Assembly: GCA_038496445.1 (NCBI GenBank)
Contig: JALMLS010000627.1
Span: forward strand, 202,972 to 266,971
DNA: 64,000 nt
Direction of reading: 5' to 3'
From: Trichosphaerium sp. ATCC 40318
Taxonomy: Eukaryota > Protista > Tubulinea
Below, piece after piece: positions 1 to 12,575 of the stretch. Numbering within the stretch: position 1 is the stretch's first letter; each line of letters starts with the position of its first letter. Under the pieces are notes generated by a model, which saw only the letters and a list, made by a program, of their open reading frames with translations, was not told the DNA's origin and did no database searches. The position numbers and the translations under genes are program-made.

Positions 1-1837
1 GGAACTGTTTCTGCAGTTACTTTGAGAGAAGGTTCTAATGATATGCTCTACATTATTGGTGGAGGTGTTACAGAAACTTGGAACACCACAGCATATGGAT
101 TAGCCGCTTTGGTCACAAGAGATGGAGAATGTACGCCATTTTTTATGCATTTTCTTTTTCAGAGAGAAAACAATCGCTGTGTCAAACCCAAACCACTTTC
201 AGTAAAAAAAGCGACCCTCCTTACTTCTACAATCTTTGTTTTTTTGTTTATTATTGTCTAGCATTCTATGCATCCATGTTTAACCCAAGAATTGTGGTTT
301 CCAATGAATTTTATGTATCCAATTACAATGGTATACGGGAGGTTCTAGAATTCGACAATGAGATCTTTGTTGCTGGACAATTTGCCTACCTTGGTCTCAA
401 CGGTAATGCTTCTTACACATATTAATACCTTTTTACTTACAACTCTTGTGTTTGTTTAGGAAACACAACATTCAATTCAATTGCAAAACTAAATGTATCT
501 GATGGAACATTTATGCCTTTGGGTTCTGGAAGTACGTACTCGTTTTTTAATAATTGTTGTTCATGGTTTGAACTACTTTTGTTTCTTTTGTGTTGTTGCT
601 TTATATATTAACTCTTTGTTTGTAGTTGTTGACAGAACAGTGGTTGGACGTGATTTCCATGATGACTACATCGTTGCCCCTGGTATTGGTACGTCAATAT
701 GATACTATTTGTTATTTTTTTTCCTAAATGTTTGCTTTCTGTAGTATCTGATATGGTTGGTTTTGGCGGTAAATTGTATGTTGTTGGTACCTTCACCACA
801 GTTGATGGCCTTTCTTGCGGAAACTTTGCCATTTATGATGTAAACACAAACCAATGGACAGTTCCTTCTGCTGGTGAGTAAACAACCTTGTTTTTGAACA
901 GTTTCTATTTTAATAGTGTTCCATTCTCTAATACATTCATTAAAGGTGGTTTTGATAGCGGACTTACCTCTATTGAATTCTATAGAGGACGTTTTATTAT
1001 TGGAGGTTCTTTTTCGTTTGCTGGTAGCCTCAGAACACCAAATGTTGTTGCATACAATATACAAACAGAAAGATATGAAAGAATGAATTCTGGTCTCCTT
1101 GGAAGTGTACGTGACTTGCAAGTTTTACCAGGTAACTCCCTGGTTGCGCTCGGTCGATTCTCTTTATTAGCAGGTTTCAGTACTGTATCTATTGGTACGT
1201 TGTTTTACGGTCTCAACCTTAACTTCATTTGTTTTTTTGTACACGTGTACTTACATGTTTTGTTAAGCTGAGTTCAAAGACGACATTTGGCGCTCTTTGG
1301 ATTGCCAATGCACAGATGTTGGTTGTCGTTTTGATAATGTGGGTTACGAATGTATTCCAGTCAGTGGCACAGGATACACTTTAAATATTGTTGAGAAAAA
1401 TGCGTTTATCGTCCACTCTACTGGTTTTTACAGAATGTCTACACGAGACCCTAGCTTCCCACCACAAGAAATCGACAATTTTCTTGATGGCGCACTTACT
1501 GACAGGCGGGTTGCTTCCACAAGAGGTATCAATGGCCTTCCAAGTGGCGCAGTGGTAAGCATAAAAAAAGAAAAGAACCAAAGAGTAACCTAATGACATC
1601 TATTTTTAGGTCATGGTATATGGCACACTTCAATCATCCGGAGAACCAAATGGTGCAGGTGGTGTAAATGTATTGCTTGATGAACGCAATGTTGCACGTA
1701 ACCCATTTGGTGGTATTAGAGAGAATGTTGATATTGTTATATCTGATTTCTCAACACCAAGAATATTCAATTCTGTTGGAAAACTTGCTGTATCTGCTGT
1801 TCTCGGTTTGGTTTGCATCTTTGCTCTTTTGTTGTAA
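1..1837 (+). CDS. Beta-propeller (Rax2-like) surface protein, copy A; 5' part lies outside the window; multi-exon; probable GPI anchor
   Basis: Exons join through GT-AG introns (e.g. 131-261, 403-459). Repeated blade motifs EIFVAGQF, KLYVVGTF, RFIIGGSF. Hydrophobic C-terminus NSVGKLAVSAVLGLVCIFALLL ends at TAA 1837. Paralogous to 8625-10443. Confidence 0.75.
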
Positions 1838-2118
1838 ACAGCTTAGCAATAAATGACTTAACACGTTTTCTTATTATGCTTTTCCTTCCTTCCCTTGCTT
1901 TCCTCAGCAGTACCTGGTTGACGTTTATTCTCCTACTAAGTTGCAGGTATGATAGTAAACCACACTGCCTTTGTAAGTTACTATGACATTGGCTTTTGCT
2001 TGTTAAATATTCTCAATCTTTCACGCAATTGATTGATCGTCTAGTAGTTTGGTTTTTATTTAAAGTTAATAATTCTTAGAGGTGTTAGCCTACAGTTGAT
2101 AATCCCCATATCTCATTT

Positions 2119-3336
2119 CTAAATTTTCCAGACAACATCTACTTTGGCATCTTTTAACACATTAACAGCTTCTTCTGTAACGTTGGTGCAATTCTCAAGA
2201 TAAATTGATTGTACACATTTTAACTCTTTTACTCCCTCATCTGTTATTTGTTCACAACCCATGAGAGTAATGTTATGGCACCCTCTCAGCACTTTGATAC
2301 CTTCGTCATTTACTAGGGTATAAGATAGATCTATCGTGTGAACCCCTTCAAGTGCTTTTAAGCCTTCTTGTGTTATTCTTCTACAACCCCGAATATTAAT
2401 GTTGTGAACCCCTTTTAGAGCTTTGATGCCTTCATCACTTACTGAAGTATAACACAAATTAATGTTATGAACTCCTCCTAGCGCCTTGATGCCTTTATCA
2501 CTTACTAAAGTATTAGATAGGTCAATAGTATGGACGCCAGCAAGGTGTTGTAGCCCTTCATCTGTCACTTGACAATTGTAAGGTAAATCGAATAAACTCC
2601 TTTTAGCGCCTTGACGCCTTCTCCAGTTACTGAAGTATTTGAAAGATTAATAGTATGAACACCACCTAGTTCGCTTATGCTTTCATCTGTTATTTGCTTA
2701 CATCTTTCAAGATTAATAGTATGAACACCTTTTAGTGCTTTAACACCTTCATTTGAAACAAATGTTCCACGAAGATCAATTGTGTGAACGCCAGCTAACA
2801 ACTCGATTCCATTGTCTGAGACGTACATACACCCACTGAGATCAACAGAGTGAATGTTTTGAGCAATTGCTGCAAGATCATAATCTGTACATTGTGAAGT
2901 CATTCTAAAGTTTTTACATCCAGGCAATAATGAGTAAATACTGAAACGCTTAAGATTAAGTAGTGAAATCTGACTATTGTTCATCACACCCTTGTACTCT
3001 TGTATCTTTAGAAAATCTTGTAAATTTGAAGGGAACACGTGTTTGTATCCAACAATATCATGAATAATATCAGCAAAAACACTACAAGATTGAGCAGCAG
3101 AATATCTTGAACGTGAATCTGTATAATCTAGAATATTTGAAAGAACCTCAGGTGGAAGACCTAGAATACTTTTTTCCTTTTGTTGTGTTGATTTTGTAGG
3201 ATCACTAGTTCAAGTCAGAAGAGAACCTATGTAAGCAAAGGTGAATTGTTTTTTGAAACCAAACTTTCCAGGAAAATAAAAACAGAAGTTACAAAAAACC
3301 TACTTGCTACCTTGGAGAATCTGCGATAAGGCTCAT
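2119..3336 (-). CDS. F-box + short-LRR protein (LRR1) with one 5' intron and one frameshift near 2580 (pseudogene or consensus error)
   Basis: ATG 3336 (MSLIADSP), phase-2 GT-AG intron, F-box-like ILGLPPEVLSNILDY, then 21/22-aa repeats LxGVHTIxLxx(C/T)xxTDEGxKA. ORFs 2565-3038 and 2119-2568 join if one T is restored (CTT TAC AAT TGT). Confidence 0.8.
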
Positions 3337-3400
3337 ATGTGAGGTTGTACACGGCTCTCCTAAAAACCTCACACATGACCTCACTCACAAAGGGTAATTG

Positions 3401-3817
3401 TTAAAGTTGATTTTCTTTCAAAAGGCAAGGAGGCTTGAAAGAGCAAATCTCGTACAGTATCTTTTGTTTGATTCTTGGAAGCGTGAGATCATCAATCCTG
3501 TCAGAAGATACAGTCTTACGACTATGTGTGCCAGTGTTGTGTTTGTAGAGAACGTTATCAAGTTGTTCTTCTAAATTTGCGTTTACAGCGTTCAAAACAC
3601 TCCCAACTTGTTTTACTAGCGTTTGGTGGTGTAATGGATCTATGATTTTATTGTACGCTTTCGCGTGGTTATCGCGATAGTATTTTAATGCTTGTTTTAC
3701 TGTAACACCTAAAAAACTCATGAGGTTCACTTGATGTAGATTGTGATAAATAACTGATTTTAAGCCACGTGATTCGGAAAAAAATTGCACGTGACAAGTT
3801 GTATAGTAGTTGTTCAA
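3401..3817 (-). CDS. Orphan ORF, hypothetical protein
   Basis: 138-codon ORF with protein-like composition. No recognised family; true start uncertain. Confidence 0.3.
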   Translation of the reverse strand: MNNYYTTCHVQFFSESRGLKSVIYHNLHQVNLMSFLGVTVKQALKYYRDNHAKAYNKIIDPLHHQTLVKQVGSVLNAVNANLEEQLDNVLYKHNTGTHSRKTVSSDRIDDLTLPRIKQKILYEICSFKPPCLLKENQL

Positions 3818-4421
3818 GTCAACAAAGCTAGATCGTATAACAGAGCTGTAGTACGCACAAGAGGCACAGATACAAGCTTTGCTTGTTTATCAAATAACAG
3901 CTTTGCATTTGATTGTGAACCTCAAAATGCCATTACAGTCCAGAGTGTTGTTCCTGTTATTGTTAGAGCAAGTTGAGTTTGCTTTAATTACAATGTTATT
4001 GTACCTGATGAAAGCAAGTGTCGCCTAACTCACATGCAGCCATTGATGGTGAACACTTAATGGCTACCAAAGTTGTTGCAAAATTGAATGATAGACAATG
4101 TTCAAGCGCCTCACAAATGACCATTTCGATCAACAGTGAGTGCTATACTATTCGCATCATATATTCAATATCATAGTTGTTTTCAGGCATCTCAACAACC
4201 CTCTTGCCTTCACCTGCACAATACTGTTAACATTTAAAACACGCAATATTATACTTCTTGTGCATATAAACTTCTTTTATACTTTCCAGCCCCTACAACA
4301 CTCCATTTACACTACCTATGCTATTTGGTAGATCATTCGCAAAATGTACCCAAATAATGCTGCCTTTAGAAGTCACTTTATTTGGTTATTAAGTTCAGTT
4401 GTCTTTTAATTTTACTTCTGT

Positions 4422-5528
4422 CTAACGGTAAATATTACAAGCGTTGGACAGAACTTTAATCCCTTCATCTGTAATCTTGTCACAAGCTCTCATAAAAATA
4501 GTATCAACACCAACAAGTGATTTAAGGCCTTCATCAGTAATATTCCCACACCAATCAAGGTGAATAGTGTGAACCCCTGCCAAAGCTTCTAATCCTTTAT
4601 TTGTGACAAGAGTTTTTTTGAGGTCAATTTCATGAACTCCTGCCAAACACTTTATTCCGTCATCTGAAATGCCAAAACAGTGCTCAAGATCAATGGTGTG
4701 AACACCTTTGAGTGCTTTCAAACCTTCATCTGTTATGCCAGTGCACATAAGCCCAATAGTATGAACGCCTGTCAATGCTTTTATTCCTTTGTCTGTGATA
4801 CCAGTACGTCCAACATTAATACTATAAACACCAGCTAATGCTATTACACTTTCATCTGTAACGTCAGTGAACGCAAGGCTAATTGTGTGAACACCTGCCA
4901 GCGATGTAACACCTTCATCACTAATACTCTTACACCCTTCAAGACAAATTGTATGAACACCACTAAGAGCTTTTAACCCTTCATCTGTAACACAAGTAGC
5001 TGCAAGGTTAATATCATGAACCCCTGATAAACACTTTATTCCTTCATCTGTAATACTCTTACACAGACGAAGATTTATCACGTGAACACCTGAAAGTGCT
5101 TTCAAACCTTCATCTGTAATTCTACAGAAAGAAAGGTTAATTGTATGAACGCCAGCAAGTGCTTTTACACCTTCATCTGTTATCTTCTTACAAAATCTAA
5201 GATTAATATTGTGAACGCCTGCAAGTGCCTTGACTATTGAGTCTGTAACATTTGCACTCAGCCGAAAATCAATATTTTGAATGCCTGCGAGAACTTTAAG
5301 TTTCCCATCACACACTGCGTTTGTCACTCTAACTTGAGTATGCTGTAGAGCTCCTTTATACTTTATAAAAGTCAGTACACTATCTATAGTCTTTAATGTC
5401 GCTCTTTCGTATCCAATGATATCATGAACAATGGCAGAAAGAGTGCGACAGCTCTGAGCAGCTGGATATCGTGATACAGTTGTAAAACAGAGAATATGTC
5501 CCAAAATCTCATTTGGTAATCGTAGCAT
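4422..5528 (-). CDS. F-box + short-LRR protein (LRR2), intact and intronless
   Basis: 368-aa ORF; N-terminal MLRLPNEILGHILCF F-box-like motif followed by about 13 repeats of 21/22 aa. Confidence 0.9.
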   Translation of the reverse strand: MLRLPNEILGHILCFTTVSRYPAAQSCRTLSAIVHDIIGYERATLKTIDSVLTFIKYKGALQHTQVRVTNAVCDGKLKVLAGIQNIDFRLSANVTDSIVKALAGVHNINLRFCKKITDEGVKALAGVHTINLSFCRITDEGLKALSGVHVINLRLCKSITDEGIKCLSGVHDINLAATCVTDEGLKALSGVHTICLEGCKSISDEGVTSLAGVHTISLAFTDVTDESVIALAGVYSINVGRTGITDKGIKALTGVHTIGLMCTGITDEGLKALKGVHTIDLEHCFGISDDGIKCLAGVHEIDLKKTLVTNKGLEALAGVHTIHLDWCGNITDEGLKSLVGVDTIFMRACDKITDEGIKVLSNACNIYR

Positions 5529-6687
5529 AAAGCACTCTGAACTGTGTAATGGCTCTCTGTTGATAGTTAATGTCGAATGTACATTAAATTGTGAAATTGT
5601 GCCTCAAAGATGCCATACTAGGCTTGTGTCCTTTTTATACTCTTTGTGTAATTCACCACAAGTCACTACGCAAATAGTAGACCATTGTCATAGGGTTAGT
5701 AAACAACAGACGCCGAACTACAGTCAAACAAAATCTATTTATTTCGCACGTGGCCACAACTCTACCAAACGCGATGGAAACACCTTAAATATTACAACAA
5801 CATTGATTGATGTTTTAATCAACCAGACAACGCGTGAAGAAACAAATAAAAAGATTTATTTCGTTACAAGTCTTTGTTAAATGCGTGTCGTGATGTGCTC
5901 TGAAAAGTGAGCACTTTGGACGATTTCTGTACGTCTCCTTTATTTTTCGTGTCTTGTAGTTATTTAAACTCAAGAACGTATACAGTGGCTTCTACAGTAT
6001 CTCCGTTTTTAACGACATGTTCCATCGACAACATTGGTTGTTATTTTCTCTAACGAGACAGATTGTAGCAGAAGAGGAAACCTCTTTGCTCAGAATTACA
6101 GAAATGTATTGCTTTTGTTGCGACTAACTATGATTCGGTTGTCTTATCACGTGTTGGATGTAAACACCTAGAGTCATACCAGGTATAATGCCAATCTCGC
6201 TCGCAAGGTTGGGTGGTTTTTCCAAGCATCAACCAACAGGCAACACTGATGGAGTGTACGTCTACTTAGCGAAAAACAAACAATAACTTCGAAAAAGAGG
6301 CAATTTGTTGGTTCACTAAGTAACCTATCAGATAAATCTACTAAAAAGAAACGAGGTTGGGTTGGGTAGTGGTGACAGACATAACGTGAAAAATAGCCAC
6401 GCACAAGTTGGTACGCCAATTAGCCTTTTATGGAAATTTTTTGTACCGCGCGTTTTTTCTTCATTGCACATAGCAGCTGGTATAACCACAATTGTGCAAT
6501 CGCCTTTACAACTTAAAGGCGAAATATCTAACGCTAACGTTAGTAAACTACCAACTGAGCCTATCGTTACCTCAGTACAGGCTAGAATAGGCGAAATAAA
6601 CCAAAAAAAAGTACGTCACCAACAAAAAGTCTGATTTGACCGTTTTGTACTTACCCGAAGATTGCAGTCAGGACAAAAAAAAACAAC

Positions 6688-9600
6688 ATGAACTTCTTCA
6701 GAGTGGGCATTGTACGTCTACAATTCATTACCCGCAATCTAACGTTACTTTTAAAGACGCTCGCGTTTGTTGCATTCCTTGCACTTACTGTTCGTGCTCA
6801 ATTAGATATACAAGAGGATGATACGGTTCACCACACTTTTGCTGGTCAATTTACACGCCTCGGGTCTTTCGAAACTGGTGAGTTGAGTTTCACATTTTTT
6901 TGCGGTTTTTGGAATTAGGTGACTTGGGAAAAGTGATGGAAGGTGCTACCGCGCTTTCCTTTCAACGTTACTTGCATACCCGTAGTTCTCCTGCGTTCCC
7001 CTCATTTCTAAATTGTAACCTTGCCTTGTTCCGTTTACTAAACGTACTGCCAAAGGATTTGGGTTCGCTGCGCTTAAAGGAGGTAGTTTCATCACTGAAG
7101 ACATCTCTCCTCCTCCTGGTGTTGGTGTTTCAGGTGACAATGTAAACGACATTATCGTTACTCCTTCTGGTATCATTTTCGTTGCTATTGAGGAATATGT
7201 GTTCCAATTCACACCAGAAAACAATGAATGGTTACAAGTTGGTGAGAAATTCAAGTACGCTCTCCCCTTTCACACCAAATTACGCCACATTTACTCAAAA
7301 AAGAGTAAACCGAAACATAGCCGCACAACGAATTATTACAAAAACAGCTTTTTATTGTTTACCTTTGTTTCTTGTTGCGTTAAATACTTCAAATGAAACT
7401 AACTGTTGACTCTTTAGCTCAGACGTACGTGGGCTTGCTTGGGACTCAGCTTCAAACCAAATCTATGCTTGTGGTGGCTTCTCTAGACTTGAGAGTTACA
7501 CTAACATTGCTGTGCACAATACTGCTGACGTACGCTACACTTACCATTCTAGAAAATACGTTTTAACATGTTGGTGTAGAGCACTTTTATGAATCTTTGG
7601 GCCGAAATAGCAGTTAATGTTACTGGCACTCCTCTGTGTGATGTTGGTGGTCTATTTTTTATTCCAGGTGCAACCAACGGCATTGAGCTCCTTATTCAAT
7701 CCGGCTCCCGATTATGGTGGCAAAACGATCTGACGTGGACAAACGACAGAAACAGTGTCAATGTCTCCAGCAACTTGCTTACCGACACAGTTAATTTGAG
7801 AATGTGGCGCGAAACCGAGAACACTGGAGTAATCTATGTCACAAATCCCAATGGATTTACACTTAATGTTACTGGTCAAAACGCCAGCGACATTTGGGAT
7901 GTCATCTCAACAACTGGTACGAGTTTTAAAACGACGTTATCTACTTTCTGATTCAATTTTGTCTGACATTCTATTTAGATGGTGTTGAGTTTACAGGTGT
8001 ATTCCGTTCCGAAAAGTTTGCCGATATCGATGTAGAGATCAGGAACAATCCTGAAAACACAATCACTTATTTTACAAGAAACGCTAATACACGTGTGTAT
8101 GCTGTTGATGAAGCATCCAGCACAATCTACTTTGCTGCCACAAGAACCACCACTCAACTTGATCCTGATCGGGAAAACCAAGTAAACGGTACAGAGCAAG
8201 TAAGTTACACAAGAGTTGGTCTGTTCTCTGCTTCCACAACAATCCAAACACCTCAAACTTCCGAACAAGTGACAGCCCTCGGTGAAGTATTTTCTGCCGA
8301 CACCTGTATCTACAGTATGTTCTACGTTGGCAAACTTGTCTTGGCAGTTGATGGTGATTGTACATACCAAAAGCGAGTTGCTTTGACTGCAGCCAACATT
8401 GGTCTCATTGGATCCAAATGTGGTCAAACTGGTGCTGCCATCAATAGAAATGGTGCTTGTTACACCAACCCTGCCTACGCTATTAACACAAGGTATGCCT
8501 TGTTTGGTTAAAAACCATTGATTTCTGATATTTCACACTTATCGTTACAAATAGGTTGAGCAACTCATTCTTGGAGTTGACAGACGCCAACACACTTGTA
8601 CCAACACTCGGTGGTGGTGTTACTGGAACTGTTTCTGCAGTTACTTTGAGAGAAGGTTCTAATGATATGCTCTACATTATTGGTGGAGGTGTTACAGAAA
8701 CTTGGAACACCACAGCATATGGATTGGCCGCTTTGGTCACAAGAGGTGGAGAATGTACGCCATTTTTATGTTTTTCGCTTTCTTTTGAAAGAAAAGATTC
8801 GCTGTACAAGCCCAAACCACTTTCAGTCAAAAAAGCGACCTCCCGCCCTACTTTTAGTTCCTATTGGTCGTTGCTTATGCGCTTCTAGCATTCTACGTAT
8901 CTATGTTTAATCCAAATATTGTGATTTCAAGTGTTTTCTACGACCAGCAATATGATGGCATCTTTAACGTTCTAGAATACAACAATGAGATCTTTGTTGC
9001 TGGACAATTTGCCTACCTTGGCCTCAACGGTAAGTGCTTCTTACACATATTAATACCTTTTTACTTACAACTCTTGTGTTTGTTTAGGAAACACAACATT
9101 CAATTCAATTGCAAAACTAAATGTATCTGATGGAACATTTATGCCTTTGGGTTCTGGAAGTACGTACTCTTTTTTTAATAATTGTTGTTCATGGTTTGAA
9201 CTACTTTTGTTTCTTTTGTGTTGTTGCTTCTTTATATATTAACTCTTGTTTGTAGTTGTTGACAGAACAGTGGTTGGACGTGATTTCCATGATGACTACA
9301 TCTCTGCTCCTGGTTCTGGTATGTAACATTGTTTTTTTGTTATTATTTAAAGTGAAGTGAATAACAGTTACTTGTAGTATCTGATATGGTTGGTAAGAGT
9401 AATAAACTATATGTCGTTGGTACTTTCAACACAGCTGGTGACCTTGCTTGCGCAAACTTTGCCATCTATGATTTAGACGAGGGTGTCTGGACAGTTCCTA
9501 ATGGTGAGTACTTCACTTTTACGATTTCTTTCTATTCTAACACATTGTAAGGTGGTGTTGATGGTATTATTTCCTCTATCGAATCTTACAAAAATTGGAT

Positions 9601-10443
9601 GGTCATTGGCGGTGTGTTTTCATTTGCTGGATCTGTTCAAACACCAAATATTGCTGGATACAATACTAAATCCGAGCAGTTTGAGAGACTTAACAGTGGT
9701 TTAAATGGAAAAATAAATGATATTCAAGTTGCAGGTAATAAGCTTATTGCTCTTGGAGAGTTTACTACAACAAACGCTGGTATCAGTACAATGGGTGTTG
9801 GTACGATAATTCTTTTCTGTTCTATAATTTTTGTAAACATACTTACAGAGTTTGTTAAGCTGAATTCTTTGACGACAAAGTATGGCGTGGTTTGGCTTGC
9901 AACTGCGCAACACTTGGTTGTGATGATGAAAACGTTGGTTTTGCTTGTCTCAGACTTACGTCTAGCGGTGTAGGTTACAGTTTAAATATTGTTGGTTTTA
10001 CCGCATTCATGTTCCACTCAACTGGAGTCTACGGATTGCGCACTAATGACATTTCATTCCCACCACAAAACCTTGGATCTCTTCTCAATGGAGATTCTGC
10101 TCAATCTACCACTAGAATTCTTGCTTCCACAAGAGGTATCAATGGCCTTCCAAGTGGTGCACAGGTAATTTAAACAGCAACTTTTGTTTGTGTGAAAAGT
10201 GTTGACAGTTTATTTTAGGCTTTGGTATTTGGTACAACTACTACTGGTTCTGGTAACAGTGTTAGCAATGCAAATGTATTGCTCGGTGGCCGTAATGTTG
10301 CTAGATACCCATTTGGTGGTATGCCAGCAGCGCTCAATGTAACTGATTTCGCAACACCAGCAATAACTGCAATCAGTTCTGTTGGAAAACTTGCTGTATC
10401 TGCTGTTCTCGGTTTGGTTTGCATCTTTGCTCTTTTGTTGTAA
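6688..10443 (+). CDS. Beta-propeller (Rax2-like) surface protein, copy B; complete, multi-exon; signal peptide and probable GPI signal
   Basis: Spliced N-terminus MNFFRTLAFVAFLALTVRA (signal peptide). Blade motifs HTFAGQF, IYACGGF, IFVAGQF, VIGGVF, IALGEF. C-terminal hydrophobic tail identical to copy A; stop TAA 10443. Confidence 0.8.
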
Positions 10444-10979
10444 ACAGCTTAGCAATAAATACTTTAACCTGTTCATGTTGTTCAGAGCTTTTTTTTTGGC
10501 TATCGTGGTCTGTACTAAGGAATTTCGGCTAGTTTAAAGTTGAGTGTATGCCACTTTGGTTTAATGTTGCGTTTGAGACATTTTACCTTTTTAAAGTGCT
10601 CAGTAGGCTCCTAGTTGTTAGAAGTGAATCGGTTGTTATCTTTTTACAATCACCATAACAGCGTTGTACAATAATAATATTTTTTTCTTCTTTACACATA
10701 TAAAAAGTAGTTACAAATACAATTGCGAGTATTGATTGGAGCTCATTAGGTGTATCAATCATGCTTAAACGCTCTGTTGTGACAGACTAGTATGTGAAGG
10801 CTAATAAAGGCTTTCCGTGTAAGAATACTAGTGATTGATTTTTGATCGATTTCCAAATGAAGTTTAATTAGTATATTACTAACTTATGTGCCGCATCACA
10901 ATGAGAAAAGAGCTGCACAAGTACAACACGGTATTGTAGCTTTCATATCAATCAATACAGAAATAAACAATCTTGAAGC

Positions 10980-11005
10980 TTTACTTTACTTTACTTTACT
11001 TTTAT
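10980..11005 (-). repeat. (GTAAA)4 pentanucleotide tail of the retrotransposon
   Basis: + strand reads tttactttactttactttacttttatt. Confidence 0.85.
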
Positions 11006-11210
11006 TCCGGTCAAGATTCAGTTTGACGGTCTTACAAATTTGTTTTTACAACTGTTTTGTCCTCCCATCTTCATCCACTTGTCGCCAGGGCCCCTGATAG
11101 GGGTCTCACATAAAGTTAGCCCATGATATTCATCATCGACCAAGGTAGACCAGACTGTGTAGAATACCTGCCCAGCTCGGACCGCGCACTAGCTCCGTAT
11201 GGAGGCGTAG

Positions 11211-12575
11211 CTAGTCAGTGTTAGTAATGTTGAGTTTTTTATATAGCTCATGAAACATGATGTTTCTTTTATCGTAGACGCGTTTGTGGCCATTCAGTAT
11301 TCGGAGTTGCAGCTGTTTGAGTTTGTCTTTGATGTATTTCGGGTCATATCCTGCATATTTACATGCTTCAACTGTGTTGGTTAAGATGTATGCTCCTGTG
11401 TACGCTTCTCTAGCGTATTTAGTTTTTTTTGCTTTTTTGTTTTTTCGTTTCTTGGTGTTGCGGAGGTTTTTATTGACGTAGTTTTTGATTTCCTCTGTAT
11501 TTTCTGTACGTACATCTTCAGTTGCTTTACAATGGTTGATTATGTGATCTGTATCTTCTTTGTGGTGCCCGCATAGTATGCAGCTGGGTTCCTTGTATTT
11601 TTTGTTGAAGTAGTCAGTGTTGTGTGGTCCAGTGGCTTTATTTAGTGTGTATCTGCCACTTAGGTTGTTGTTTCGCAGTTTAAATTGGAAGGTGGTGATG
11701 TTGTCCATTAGTGGCATTTTGTCGTTGATGACTTGATTGGATATCTTATGCTCAACTTGTGTCAGGATTGGGAGTTTGGCATTCATGTCTTTTTCATGTA
11801 TTTGGTTACTGATGTTTCTGATCCGTTTACGGATGTTTCCTTCAATGATTTCATTATCATTGTATAAGGTGTAGTTGAAGGCTACTCGTCTATTCGGCGT
11901 TGGAGGCTTCTTTAAGTATGTTCCTTCCTTTGCTAGGGTGTCCGCTTCTTCGTTTCCGTGAAGAATCCATTCTATGTTTTTACCAAATTGTTTCTCAAGT
12001 GCTTTAAGTTCTTTGTTTAGGAGTTCCAGCTTCTTAGGTTGGTTTGCGTATTTCTTTCTTTTTTCTTCTACATGACTGGGTACTTTCCAGAATTTTGTGT
12101 ATGATTTATGTTTGTCTCTTTGTTTGATTGTTTGTAGGATTTCTATGATGAGTGATGCATTGTACGCATTCATTCTTTGAGAGTGTTTCCATTTGTGCCA
12201 GTTTTCGACCGCCGTGATGACGTATTTGGAGTCTGTGAAGAGGTTGATGTTTGAGGTCTGGTGTGTGTTTTTGAGTGCCCAGAGTGCAGCTTCTAGCTCG
12301 GCTGCGTCAACTGTGTTTCCGGTAATGCATGGTAGCGCTACATTGTTAGGGGAGCTTCTATTGAAGTACACTCCGAAGCCTGCTGTGTCGCTGTGTTCCA
12401 TCTTGGAGCCGTCTGTCCATATGTCCACTGTTTTGCTGGGTTCAGTGGGTGGTTCCCATTTCTTATATATTTCGTAGTGTTGTGGTTGTTTGATTTTGAG
12501 GTGATTTCGTATTTTTCCATTTCTTTTTGAGATCAGTGCTTTCAGTTGGTTTATGTAAGTTGGTGTGACGTATTG
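11211..12575 (-). CDS. C-terminal fragment of retrotransposon ORF2: RNase H and C-terminal CCHC knuckle
   Basis: RNase H motifs IWTDGS, AAELEA, FTDSKYV, KVPSH, GNEEADTLAK; zinc knuckle CILCGHHKEDTDHIINHC. Confidence 0.85.
   Translation of the reverse strand, partial: QYVTPTYINQLKALISKRNGKIRNHLKIKQPQHYEIYKKWEPPTEPSKTVDIWTDGSKMEHSDTAGFGVYFNRSSPNNVALPCITGNTVDAAELEAALWALKNTHQTSNINLFTDSKYVITAVENWHKWKHSQRMNAYNASLIIEILQTIKQRDKHKSYTKFWKVPSHVEEKRKKYANQPKKLELLNKELKALEKQFGKNIEWILHGNEEADTLAKEGTYLKKPPTPNRRVAFNYTLYNDNEIIEGNIRKRIRNISNQIHEKDMNAKLPILTQVEHKISNQVINDKMPLMDNITTFQFKLRNNNLSGRYTLNKATGPHNTDYFNKKYKEPSCILCGHHKEDTDHIINHCKATEDVRTENTEEIKNYVNKNLRNTKKRKNKKAKKTKYAREAYTGAYILTNTVEACKYAGYDPKYIKDKLKQLQLRILNGHKRVYDKRNIMFHELYKKLNITNTD

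Noticed and set aside
11085-11150. Hammerhead ribozyme or C/D snoRNA in the retroelement 3' UTR
   Set aside because: CTGATAG does not match CUGANGA with a GAAA partner; the TGATGA/CTGA boxes lack terminal stems and are expected by chance.
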